From assembly GCA_964252035.1 (NCBI GenBank), contig OZ176205.1: 64,000 nt of DNA. One strand, 5' to 3'. Made by a program: the position numbers and the translations under genes. Below the pieces are notes generated by a model, which was not told the origin of the DNA, searched no databases, and worked only from the letters and a program-made list of their open reading frames with translations. This DNA is from Podarcis erhardii. Taxonomy: Eukaryota. Below are positions 24,501 through 37,900 of the stretch, piece by piece (position 1 is the first letter of the stretch; each line of letters begins with the position of its first letter).

Positions 24501-27500
24501 AAAGAATTGTGCTGTTTTGAACAGTGAAGGCTCTATGTACCTTAGGAAGATCAAACACTGAGCAGATTAGGGTCATGCATATCTACCTTTGAAAAATCAA
24601 TCACATACCTTGCCAGCTGCAGACAGATTGAATAAACTCCCTGTCTTGTTTCATAATCCACTTCTGATGGGATGGAGTCTCTCTGCATAACATTCACCAC
24701 CAAACTGGAAAATAAATTTAGATATTTTTAATTAAGACAAGAAACATATAACACATGTAGAAGTCTGTTGGTTGAAAATATTTCCCTGTATTGATGAGGA
24801 TTAATATAATGTATTAGCAGGAAGGTAAATGGCGTTCCGTGTGCTGCGCTGGCTCGCCAGATGCAGGTTGTCACGCTGGCCACGTGACCCGGAAGTGTCT
24901 GCGGACAGCGCTGGCTCCCGGCCTATAGAGTGAGATGAGCGCACAACCCTAGAGTCTGTCAAGACTGGCCCACACAGGCAGGGGTACCTTTACTTTTACT
25001 AATATAATGTGTTAATCATTTAAAACAGAGCAGCCTCACTAACACCATCACTAAATCAGGGGGCCAGTTGACAGGCTCCACCAAATTCTGACTATCAGCG
25101 GGTGAGACGGGGGAAAGCAAGGGCTCTGGTGTACATCAACATCTTTCTGCACTCCACAATGTTCTGGACACCGATCAAATGACTGTGCCATCACAATAAT
25201 GGCAGCACCTGTCACTTCCTTTCTGTGGTCCAAAGGCATACTCTTCTGTTGGCGTGTTATGGCTCAGCTGGTTAGAGCATGGTGCTGATAATGCCAAGGT
25301 TGCAGGTTCGATCCCTGTATGCAACAGCTGCATTGCAGGGGTCTGGCCTAGATGATCCTCAGGGTCCCTTCCAACTCTACCATTCTATGGTTCTAAGCAC
25401 ACAACCACTGGAGACTAGAAATATAAGCAACTCTCATTTGCCGGTCAAGTACTGAAGTGCAAATATGCTAAGAGATGACATTTAATACTTACAACCTCCA
25501 GCTTATTTTTTAAAATTCTAATCAGCTATTTAAATTTATTATGACTTTATCAGTAGGGCATAGTCAATGCCATCTCAGTGCCTCAAACTGTCTACTCCTA
25601 TTCAAAGTTAAGTGCAGATTCAATGATCAATGGCATAGTACTATCTATTATCCAGAACTCTTTGACAAAGCATTTTCTGCAAACACCTTAACAGATTTTG
25701 GGAGGACAGCACCAACCACCGAAAGCAGTATTGAAAAAGCAAGAATATCCAGGTTGCACTGCAGTTTTGGCACTTCTTTGTGTAGGATGTACGAAGAAAG
25801 GCTTATGGAAGTGGAAAGGTAACAGGAAAAAACCCTTGCTGCAATTTATTCAACATCATACACACAAAGAAGGCAAACTACCTAGTGTAATTTATGCTGT
25901 CCCCACAGTATTTGGAATAGCTGCTCGAATACTACTATTGAGAGCACCATTTACAGTACTTATACTAGTATTAAATGTATACTGAGTTGAAAATGCTTAA
26001 AGGCTAGTTCTCGCACAGCTGGAAGGTTCCACTTCAGAATATTTCTTTCAACTAACCTCAAGCCACCTGCTCTGAGAAAATTTTCACAGAAAGATTTGGC
26101 ACAATTTCTTGCCATTTCATCATCCGCTGTAGGCATTAGTTTGGAACTCAGGACCTGAAAAATATTCAGACTTTAGGTAAGTGGCAGAGTTTCAGTGGAG
26201 CAATACACTAAGCCGCTCTCTCACCCACAGGCAAAGTATGCTCAGATGGGCAAGAGTTCATATTACACTCTAACACTGCTACTCAGAATTAACTCACCAA
26301 ACTACGGCACTTGGTCATCTGAATTCAATGAGACCTTTCACTAATGTTAATTAATTATTTTATCAACACCTGTCATATAATTAAGAACATTAACACAGTC
26401 AGAGGTCCCTGAATACTAACAAAGCTTTTGCGAAGTGTGTTTCAAGGCCCATGACAATCCCTGTCATTTCAAGAGAGAAGTTATGGTATATTTACATAGT
26501 ATGTAAAAAGAATGGAAGGTGGTGAGGGAGAGCCATGCGACCTGGTAAACAGATGTTTAGGTGGTTGCAAGAGAGCGGGATCACTACTATGGAAACCATG
26601 CAAAGATAACCCAACTGTGGACAACTGGAAAAACAGTGTCACTACAGCAGTTTCATCTTAAGAGAATTCAACGCCTCCTTTTTGTTTGCTAGCACTGTGT
26701 GTATTCTGCATGTTGGCATGCAGCTGCAGGTGTTTTGTGTTTGTTTGTTTTTTTGTTAGTCTGGGTTGCTTTTTATTACTTGCCTTTCCCCCTTTTGGGG
26801 GATAGGGGTTTTTGCATGTTTGTTTTGCCAGCTTTGTTTTGTGTGTGCTGGCATCACCCCATTTTTCTTCTGTGAATGGATATATTGTGGCATCCATTAT
26901 ATTTTTTAGTTGTTCAGATGTGCCTCAGGACTCAAAATGTTTGAGGACCCAAGCACTAAACTATAGTTTAGCACTAAATGGATGAGCCTCAACAAATCAG
27001 TGGGTTCAGAGACTGCCTTTCCTCTGTCCTCCCCAGAGTTTGTTGACACTTGCCTAAGTCACATTTTAGTATTATGGTGTAAACCAGGTCGCTGACTGGC
27101 GGCAAAATTTCATACAGAAAGCTTTCCCAACTCTACCTGGAGATGCCAGGAACTGAACACAGGGTCTTCTACATGCAAAACAAAAGAATTGATATTTGAG
27201 CCTACCCCACACTTCCATGCCAATTTACTCTTACCTCAAGATTGTAAAGTACTCTAAAAGTAGACATTCCTGGGGCAAAAGACCTGAAAAGACTTTCAAG
27301 TATTGAAGTAGCACTAGGCTGGTGTTGATGCTTTGTAGACAAAGAAGGCGACTTTGAAGACTGGGAGTTTGATTCAGAGAGTAATGTTTTCTGAGAAAAG
27401 AATAAGCATAGAGAAATACAAATAAGAAGGCAGATCTGATATAACATGGTTATATAGCCATGATAGCTAGTCTGATATAACATGGTTATATAGCCATGAT

Positions 27501-28938
27501 AGCTAGTCTTTGAAGTCCTGAACTTCCTAAAAGTAATAAAATCTCTTGCAAGCACCTTTTGCTATACTCTATACCAGGGACAGAGGACTCATGGCCCTCT
27601 GAATATCACTGGATTACAAATCCATCCCTGACTACTGGTGCGGCCGACTCAGGCTGGTGGAAATTTGACGTCTGGAGTACCACAGATTCCCCATCCCTAT
27701 TCAATACCATAAAGAGCTATAAAATACAATCTGTAGATTTTTACAAAGTTTATGCCACACCCTTCTTTTTCGATGCACCCCTGTGTAAATACAATTTCTC
27801 TTTAATTAGTATCTTTTGTAATTTACATTATTATTTTTTAATAGCTGGCATCCATCTGTCTTGGGAGACAATGGAGGAGTGTGCCTTTGGGGGTGAAGTA
27901 AAACTGTTGTAAGGTTGCAGCACGAGAGATATGGGAGAGACATGTTTTGTGAATGCCAGATTAATTTTAACGTAGTTTGCTAACTTCTATGAAACATGTT
28001 TAGGACCCAATGACTATTTGCTACTATCCTATATAGGTAGCTAGGCCAGCCATCCTTAAGGGTGAATGTTAAATGAGCCTGTGGCTTAGGAACTTTACGG
28101 GTAATAGATTCTGTGCCAACTTTACAGATGAAGCTAGCAAGCTAATACACGGCTGTGCTAACATGGCATTTTTCCTGCCCCAGTGGCGATAAGCACATTA
28201 GCCATGCTATCTGAATCCCTAGAAGGAAAGTAATGTGTGCTAAGCAAAGGAATTCCCCCCCCACCCTGCCAAAGCAACACTTCATTAATAATAAGAGAAA
28301 TAAAATTAATTTAACCAGTGATGGTTCAATTCTTGCTCCACAATGGATAGCATTTCCCCAGCATTTTATAATGCCTACAATTTAATGCCCTACCTGTTTC
28401 TTTCTCCATTCCTTTCAATCCCAATCTCAATCAGTAAAACTAGACTATGATTGTGTAGTTAACAGAAAGATATATACCTTTCGTCCAAGAGAATCTAGCT
28501 GATCAAGTGCTTCCTGAATAGCTGGGTCAGTAGGAATCAGCAAAAGAAGCCTCCGTACTCTCAAAGTAATCCTGAAGAATACAAGAGACATATAATATAC
28601 TCAATTTCTGCTGGGCTGGACACTATGTCTACTTGTAAAGGCTTCCAAAATTTATTTATTTTTGCAGCCACAGTATTTCTACAGTGTCTTCAATAACACT
28701 ACTTACCTTGGCTCTTCTAGGTTCGCAAGCTGGTACAGCATGTCAAACACATTACACACAAGAGCCATTACCACTCCAGGGAGGGATTTTTCCTGAGGAT
28801 TAAGAACACACAGTTAACTTCCCTATTTCTTAAGCAATTTGTTAGGGTTCTCAATTTTTAAAAATTGAACGATATAAATTTAAAACCTGGCCTAGGGGTG
28901 TCAGCTACTTGCCAACACAAGGCACTGAATCCTGTATA

Positions 28939-28996
<58 letters not shown>

Positions 28997-31900
28997 ACCT
29001 GCAGTGTTGATCTGAAATTCTGCCAAAGAAACCACAGCTTCACATTTCCAATACTTTTAACTTTTATGTACAGAGTGAACCAAAACATTACACCTTGGAA
29101 TTCTAAACTGTGTCATCAAATATAATGAACAGCAGCAGGGAGGATGCTTTATACTTTTTCCATTTCTGCTTACAGTTAGAACTACTTCAAACAATTCAGA
29201 TGAATTCATTTCTGAAATGATCACTGAAATCCTGCGTTCATCAAAATCAGATGAGAAAGGTGTGCTAGCAGTTCCTGCTGGATTTATCAAGCATCTCAAT
29301 TCAACTGGGAAAAAGTGCAGGATCAGTGTAAGTAACTGCATGTAGCACTAGCTCACTTCAGTCTTTCCAACTGATTTTCAAATTCTGACAAACTAATTTT
29401 ATAAAGATTTGAATCACGACTGACCAATGCAGGGTACAGAGAAATGGAAGATACTGGAAAGCAGTTTTTTAAAGTGAAATGAAACCAACTTAATTAATGA
29501 AAAAGTGTCTTTGTGTGTGTGAAATCTATATTTACTCCCCCCATGTTGTACCTGTTCCATTGCATATGATGAACTGAAGACATTACTACTGTTGCTGGAG
29601 CTAGTGGAGGAATCAGCAGAGCTTGCTGATGGGGTTCCACTTCCTGATGTCTTTACAGTAAGTGCTTGTTCTTCAGAAAAGCCCAACTGGTGAAGTAGCT
29701 TTTGATCTTTATTCACTGTTAGCTGAAATACAATATATTTTCTTAGCTTCTGCAAACCGTACACATCTAGAATATTGATAAAATCATCCTAACATACCAA
29801 GCTGTCATTTGCAAATATCTGTATGTTTTCCACAGGAGCATTCAATAGCTTTGCTATCTTCCATCTGACACTCCCTATGATCTCATTGCTATGAGCCTGC
29901 AAAAAATGAATTGGAAGTTAGTTCAAGCGCATGAAACATTTCCACATTATCCTGCAAGCCCCATTTACTCAGCATACCCTTGACATTATATATAACACAC
30001 TCAAAACATATTATTTAGCACATCCCAATGCTATTATATTCTTTGTATCATGGGTAGGCAAACTAAGGCCGATCCGGCCCAATCGCCTTCTAAATCCGGC
30101 CAGCGGATGGTCCAGGAATCAGCGTGTTTTTACATGAGCAGAATGTGTCCTTTTATTTAAAATGCATCTCTGGGTTATTTGTGGGGCATAGGAATTCGTT
30201 CATTTTTTTTCTTCAAAAAATGAAGTCCGGCCCCCCACAAGGCCTGAGGGACAGTGGCCTGGCCCCCTGCTGAAAAGGTTTGCTGACCCCTGCTTTGCAT
30301 CAGCACCCAACTCCCTTTTTGCTGAGAATTTTCACACCTTAAATTTGAGTATTTTAGAATACAATAAAATTGCAAGAGCATACCTCTACTGTAAAGGTAT
30401 CTTTGGTAGATTCATACATAACATTAAGTGTTAAAAGATGTCCATGAAAGGAGGCACCGTGAGGTAGAATAGTACGTGGAACGGAGTAAAGGTCCTACGG
30501 AAAGAAAGTGGGGAAAATGACCTTTGACACAAATGATCAAGGAACAATTTAAAATGTAAACTGGCATAAGCTGATCAACTGAACATTTTTATCTGTTTTA
30601 GCTGTCACAATGATCCATCCATTATATAGCAAAGATCACCAGTGTTGAAGCAATGATTCTTCAACATCAACTTCGTTGGACTGGTCTTGTTGTGAGAATG
30701 CCTGATGATTGTCTTCCAAAGCAACTACTCTATTCCAAACTTAAAAATGGAAAGTGTAATGCTGGTGGTCAACAAAAGAGGTACAAAGACTCTCTCAAGG
30801 CAAATCTAAAAAATATAGAATAAACACCGACAACTGGGAAACAATGGCCTGAGAGCACTCCAGTTGGAGAACAGCCTTTACCAAAGGTGTCATGGACTTT
30901 GAAGACACCCGAACTCAGGACGCAAAGGAGAAATGTGCTAAAAGGAAGGCACACTTGGCAAATCCACACTGTGATAAACTCCCGCCCAGGAACCAATGTC
31001 CACACTGTGGAAGGACATATGAGTCCAGAATTGGCATCCACAGTCACTTACGGACTCATAGTTAAAACCGTGTTTATGGAAGACAATCTTACTCGGCTAT
31101 GAATGATCGCCAAAGAAGAAGAAGATTGGGCGGTATATAAATTCAATAAATAACACCACCACCACCACCACCAATAATAATAGGAGAACTTGAAGTCTAA
31201 ACTTAGCATTGCATTTACTGGGCTACTCAAACTAAAGGGACATGGGTACCAAAATGACAAAGACTTCTCTTTTTTTTTACCTCTATAGTGATGACGTAGC
31301 GTTCTGCCAACAGCAGCAGTCTCTCAATTATTACAAGCTTCGTTGACCTGGAGATTGCAATCAAAATAAATGGCAGACAGTTGGGTGAGACCTCAGTTGA
31401 GCTCCTTGAAAATCCCTACCAGCCTGACAAAAGCCACCAACACTATGCCCTGTGGCCACTATCTGATAGGTGGCCCAAACAAATTTCTCACTGTCAAGGA
31501 GTACGCAGAAGCTGGAACTAAGTTTCAAGATGGCAACAGTCAAGGAGTTAGATTTATTCACTTAACATAGAATGCTGGGGAGAAATGTGTGGCTGCCACT
31601 CCTCCCCACCATCACCTCTGTAACATTTGATTTAAAAAAGAGGAAGTGTGATGTGATGTCTTCACACTGTTTCACTGTATCTGCTCCACATTATACAATG
31701 AAGTGAAGCAGAGCCAGAGAAATTCCGGAACTGGGTCATATCATATTATGCATTCCAAGTAACCACAGGTTAGTGGTGGAGGTGGCAGCAGGGAGAAAAA
31801 AAATCATCCTTAACGCATACTTCCAACCCTAGTTTTGCCTAGCGAAAGAAAAGAATGGAGTATAAGTAGTAAACTCAGTCCAGTTTTTCCTAAACTTTTG

Positions 31901-34900
31901 TTATTTGGGGCTCACATAATTCAAGATAAACCTGGCAACACACTTTATTATTTCACCTAAAAAAGGCTTAAAAAGTGAGGTACAACATACATTTTAAAGA
32001 AATGTTAGCAGGGAAGAAGGTGTGAGAGAAGAGCCAATAGCAAAACAGCGCTGCAGATTATTGCGGTTTTTGATGCTATTTTATACCTCCAATTTGCCCT
32101 CCTTCCCCTCAGGGCCAGGGGGAATGTGGTCAGTGCTTTAGGAAAATAGCACCAGCTTCTGCACTTGGCTGTATTCCTGGGCCAATTCATCTTTCTATTT
32201 ATTTAATTAACGTATTGATATCTCACACCTTTCCGTGGTAACAGTAAACTCAAGGAAGCTTACAAATAAAAATACAGATGAGACCAAACAGCAGCAAAAA
32301 AAGGGTCACAGAAGCCATATCAGCAACAGAAAACATTTAGATTTAAGATTTTTACAGTGCTGTTTCTGGTTAACTGCAGTCTCACTGTAGACTTCTCCCA
32401 CTTGCATAAAGGACTACTATGCTGTTGTACATCCCCTGAGAAATACTACAAGTACTACCAGATCTTCTTTAAGCAGCTGTCCAAATCAATTTAATGGAAG
32501 TGCACATTATTTGTTCCACGATTACTACACTTGTTTAATACAGGAACAACACTTCTTTTTTGGAACTGGAACAGAGCACCACTTGATTTTCCAAAAGGTA
32601 AACTTAGAGTATATTATTTTCCTTCTCATCACAGGCCAGCATAAGTTGAGCAAACCTAAAAAAAGTGTTTACTCAACATTTCTTTTTGTAACCAGAGACT
32701 TGCATCACCCTTCTGGCAACTACCTTCTGCAGTGAATCCTATTGCAAGGTATTTAAAAACAAAAACAAAAAACCAGAAACATTCATTTGTGGGGGAAAAT
32801 ACATTGAATAAACCTATCCTTTGTAAAGTGTTTATGTATGATGAAGCTGTGGGTGCCAGTTCTAATTTCGGTAGTTTCTTTGGCCCATATCCATTTCACA
32901 CACAGACAAGAATACCTGGTTCAGATGTAACATTCTAAAGTTTAGTGGATCAGGAATGTGAGATATGAGACTCCTCATTACTGAGGTTTCTTTTAACAAA
33001 AGCAAGTTGGGCAAACTGTGGTTACAGCTAACCACATTAGCATGGTTTAAAGAGGATTTCATACCATGGTTTTGCACATTTTAGCAAGGCATGGTTACGG
33101 AAAACTTGTAACTGAAGGAAGGTGTGAGCCTTCAGCACATTCCCAGTCCTCTAAATCAGTGTTTCCCAACCTTGGGCCTCCAGCTGTTTTTGAAGTGCAA
33201 TTCCCATCATCCCTGACCACTGGTCTTGCTAGCTAGGGATGATGGGAGTTGTAGTCCAAAAACAGCTGGAGGCCCAAGGTTGGGAAACACTGCTCTAAAT
33301 CATGGTTATCTAGAACAAACCAACATAGATCATATTTATCTATTCCTAAACCAAAACCTTACCTGTATGGAGACTGTACCGATGTTGCCACAGTAGGCAT
33401 CGCAGTTGCTGTTAGCATTTTAGTAGCTCTTGTGACAGCATGTGTCAGCGTTGGACCACCAAGTGCTGAACTGGCTGCCTAGAATGAAAGAAACATTGTG
33501 CTATTTCTGGTGCCGCAACTTCTTCAACACTGAGAACCTAAACTTTGCCTTTTATCTGCAAAGTAATTTGCTAGCGCCAAGGCATAACGGGCAGATATCT
33601 CTACAAACCTTCATTTTAATGATATTCAAGAAAGGAGCCCTGTGAATACTCTATCTAGTTAAGATTCTTGAGGGTTATACCCAAGGCAAGGAAACAGGTA
33701 ACAGATCTCTGACTCTAGGCTCCTGGCTCCAGTTCCAACCATGGCAGGAGAGAGATGGTAAATACAATTCCCCAAAAAAGAATAACTCTACTTGGGTCAA
33801 GGGTGGGACAATGTTCAGTGTCCCAGGTAAAGAAAGGGAAAAGAACTGGAGTTGTCTAAGGTCACAAGTCTACCATGCGGTTCCCTGCTGCCCCAGATAA
33901 TTAGGGGATATAACCCTACATGGTGGCTGCTCCATTACTCCAGCTGAGAAAGGGCTTTCTGTACAGTACAAGGTGGAATGCTGGAAATTATTTTACAATT
34001 ATGTAAGAATAAAAAAATACAACAGGACATTTTTTTTTAAAGATTGACACTTACTTCTAATCTTGTATAACAATCCGCAATGAATTTCTTATGGAGTGAC
34101 ACTGAATCCTGAAAAGAATGAAAAGTGTTAAACTATATATTAAAAGCATTAATTCACACACATGCAGAGAGAGCAAGAGTGCATACAGAGAACTGCTACT
34201 ATACACATATTGCTGAATTTCAGCATTAGAATGGGCAGGAGAAAGAGTGTTGGTAATACAAAAACTTACACGGTCCATGTCTCTATTCTGACAACCAAAA
34301 CCAAGGCTTGCCATATAAATGAACAGCAGTAAGTGCGCGCGCACACACACACACACACACACACAAAATCTCTTCCCCTTCCCTCTTCCTTCCTGTGCAA
34401 AGAAGCATGCAGATGCAGAGAAAGAACTTCAACTTCATATCAGTGACAATTTAACTTCAATCAGTGACAAGTTAACTTCAACTTCGAATCAGTGACAAGC
34501 TATTAGCTTATAGTTTCATACAAATGCAGCAAACTATCAATTGTCAACAAGTGGAAGCTACTAATCTCTTTCCCCTGTGCATGCAAAGGAAGAGGTGGGA
34601 TTGCACATTTCAGGGGCAATACTGAGGCATTCTACATTTGTTTACAACAACTTGCAAGGTGGAAGAGTGAGGATAGGGACACAACCTCTGACTCCCCAGC
34701 CTTGTCACCCTCCTTGAGCTGGAGGAATAACTTCTTCTGCAGCAGAGAGCCTGCTCTACTCATTTTGGCAACCTGTGAGATTTAGAATCCTTGAAAATCA
34801 CATGAGGAACCCACATAAATAGAGCAGGCTCTCCACTGCAGAAGCAGCTATCCCTCCAAATCATGGAGAGCAATGAGGATGGGGTGCCCACATGGAGCTA

Positions 34901-37900
34901 CCAGGTTAGTCTTCGCTACCTACTCTCACGTGTTCTTTTAACACAGATGCTGAATGCTGGGTTAGGGTTGTCTGAAGGCAGTCTACATCTCATCTTCTGG
35001 GACAAGTACAGCCACCAAAACAATTCAGAGTTGTTACCTTCTTTAGTCTTGGATTTAGATTGATGTAACTATAGTTTATTATTAGCTGAATAGCTTCATT
35101 CGCTATTTCCTCATCAGGTGACTCCATTGCGATCTTCCAAATAAAATCCATTCCTATTAATTCCAGTTTTTCTACATGCTAGACAAAATAAAAGAGAGAG
35201 AGACTAAGGTTGTTAGCACCCAGATCAGAGTACACTTTTGAAATATTTCACATGTTGCAGAGCTTTATCCTATCACAAACTGAAGATACTATTATTAATT
35301 ACAAGTAATAGTAATATAAGTACAAATAAAGGTAAAGGTAAAGGGACCCCTGACCATTAGGTCCAGTCGTGACCGACTCTGGGGTTGCGTGCTCATCTCG
35401 CTCTATAGGCCGAGGGAGCTGGCGTTTGTCCACAGACAGCTTCCGAGTCATGTGGCCAGCATGACTAAGCCGCTTCTGGCGAGCCAGAGCAGCGCACGGC
35501 AACGCTGTTTACCTTCCCGCCGGAGCGGTACCTATTTATCTGCTTGCACTTTGACGTGCTTTCGGACTGCTAGGTTGGCAGGAGCAGGGACCGAGCAACG
35601 GTAGCTCACCCCATCGTGGGGATTCGAACCGCCGACCTTCTGATCGGCAAGTCCTAGGCTCTGTGGTTTAAGCCACAGCGCCACCCGCGTCCCTTATAAG
35701 TACAAATAAGGACTCCTCTAATTATCTTGGTTAATCCTAGAAAAAGCCCCTCCCTCCCAAGCATGTAAAAGCAAAGAATTTAACTGTGCTCATGGACTGT
35801 TTCATATGAGTAAGTTAAAGAAAACTGATCTGAGCCCTAAACCTAATCTTGACTTAGGACAAATTAATGTACTATAGTAGGGTTGCCATATTTCAAAAAG
35901 TAAAAACCAGGGCACCCCAAAATTGTTGAGATTATTTAAAGGAACCTCCAAAATTGTTGAGCTTTTGTTAGGGGAAAAAACACGATTTTTTTTTAATTGA
36001 CTTGCCTAAGATCCAGGACAAAGTGCTGCCTTTCAGAAATTCCCCTGGATGTCAATTCCGCCTTTGAAATCCCAGTAATGCCAGGGAAAATCCGTAACTA
36101 TAGCTTTGAAGAGCCACATTCTAACTGCCACTTCCCAATGGTCACTATTTTATAGAGCACACTATTTTCCAAATAAACTTGCCAGCTGTGACCTATGAAC
36201 TGCACTAGAACAAGTTTATAGAAAGCTGCTTACCAGCTGAGTTCCTTGACGTTTCAATCGATGATCACAGAGGTTCACATTTTCAAAAAAGGTCTTAAAC
36301 AAACCAAAACCTGTTTTTAAAAATTAACATTTTAAGGGAATTCTGCTATTTTAATTTAAACAAACACAGAAACATTACTCATGCAAAATAAAAGCTTTAA
36401 AGTCTGACTTCATTAGTCTCTGAAGCTGTTTGCAATCTTCAGCCGTTATCAAGCCCCCCAAATTTTATTCTAAGATATCTGACTATTATACAGAAGGCTG
36501 ATAAAACAAAAATACTTACATACCATTCATAGTGATTTCATAAGACTCCAATTTAAGAATTTTTTCTTTAAAAAGCTGCTGCTGCACATCACTCTCGAGA
36601 TCGTGCTGCCCCTTTGTAAACCATTCAAAGCACATCTGTGAAAAGAGTTTACACTATGGTTCACATTCTGGTTTTAAATGATATATTTTGCATTGCTCTA
36701 AAATATCTGACATACTATGGTTTACTCCACGCACCAGAATTTGTTTGAGGATTGCTAACAATTTAAGAAAAATCTAGTATCCGTATGATTGAGAATGAAC
36801 AGCAATTTTTGTCTACTCCCGATAGCCCCTCAAACATTCCTAACAGCACTTGATTTTTCTACAGATTTGTGAAACGATTTTGTTTTCCTAGTGTGTTTCG
36901 ATTTTAGCCCCAGATCATCTTTAGGATACATTGTTTCCAAGTAAAATTAGTGCTACATTTATTCCAAGGACATTCAACAGCAGCATCTCACCTCTCGATC
37001 TAGTTCACAAACATCTTGGCCTGTCACAAGGCATTCCCAGATTTCCCGAGCACGATTCCATCCTAAGTAAAGCGTAGCTTCTTGGAGAAAAAATGCCAGA
37101 AATTTGAGATGTGCCTCCAAGTACTGAAAAGGAAGCAAACACAAACTGCAATTAACAGACCTTTATGAAACATTTTGCAAATTTGAGGTTTGAGAGATTC
37201 AAGCTCACTGCCTCAGTAAAGAGACAAGTTGCTTCTATACAGGGCTAGCCCCAAATGATCTGGTTTGAACGTCACAAGTTTGCTTACCTCCCGATACGTG
37301 TATCGGCAATCCACTAAGGTTGCTCCTGACAGGCCCCCAGGACCTGCCACGGATGCGGCCAATCGGTGGCATGCTATTAAGCTGCTTGTCACCAGCTTCA
37401 CTATTTCAAAGTTTTTCTTCAGATCCTGAATAATGCTCTTGGCAGAAGTATTGGAAAAGATGTGTTAAGCAGAGCATTACAACATGTGCAATTAGACTTT
37501 CAAGGCTCGAATACAAGTTTCCCTCGCTGCACCCCCCGGCCATCTATTCAATCAGGGCCTCAAAAGTCTCATAATTTCTATCCTCATTCACCACAGTTTC
37601 CAGTCATGACACTAGTCGTGCAGAAAGAAGTACTAAGCATTTCAAATATATACTTCAGTTAGCACAGCACAAAATTGTGCGCTTTCGTTTCCAAAGCCAA
37701 ATCTGAACTTACTATGAATACTTAGCATTAAGAATGACACTAATATGACATGGCATTGTGACAGTGATTGCTTTGCTCAAAGAGGAAGTCTAAGTCTGAT
37801 TTCTATGTAGCAGACCTAGGGTTTGATAGTTGTTTTTCACATCAGTTCCCTACACAACAGGTGCCATGTTAAAGGGAGAAAGTTAAGAAGAGGGGGGCTA

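Noticed and set aside
25251-25325. Functional tRNA-Ile gene
   Set aside because: Acceptor stem does not pair and the sequence continues into a CR1-type tail, so it is called as a SINE.
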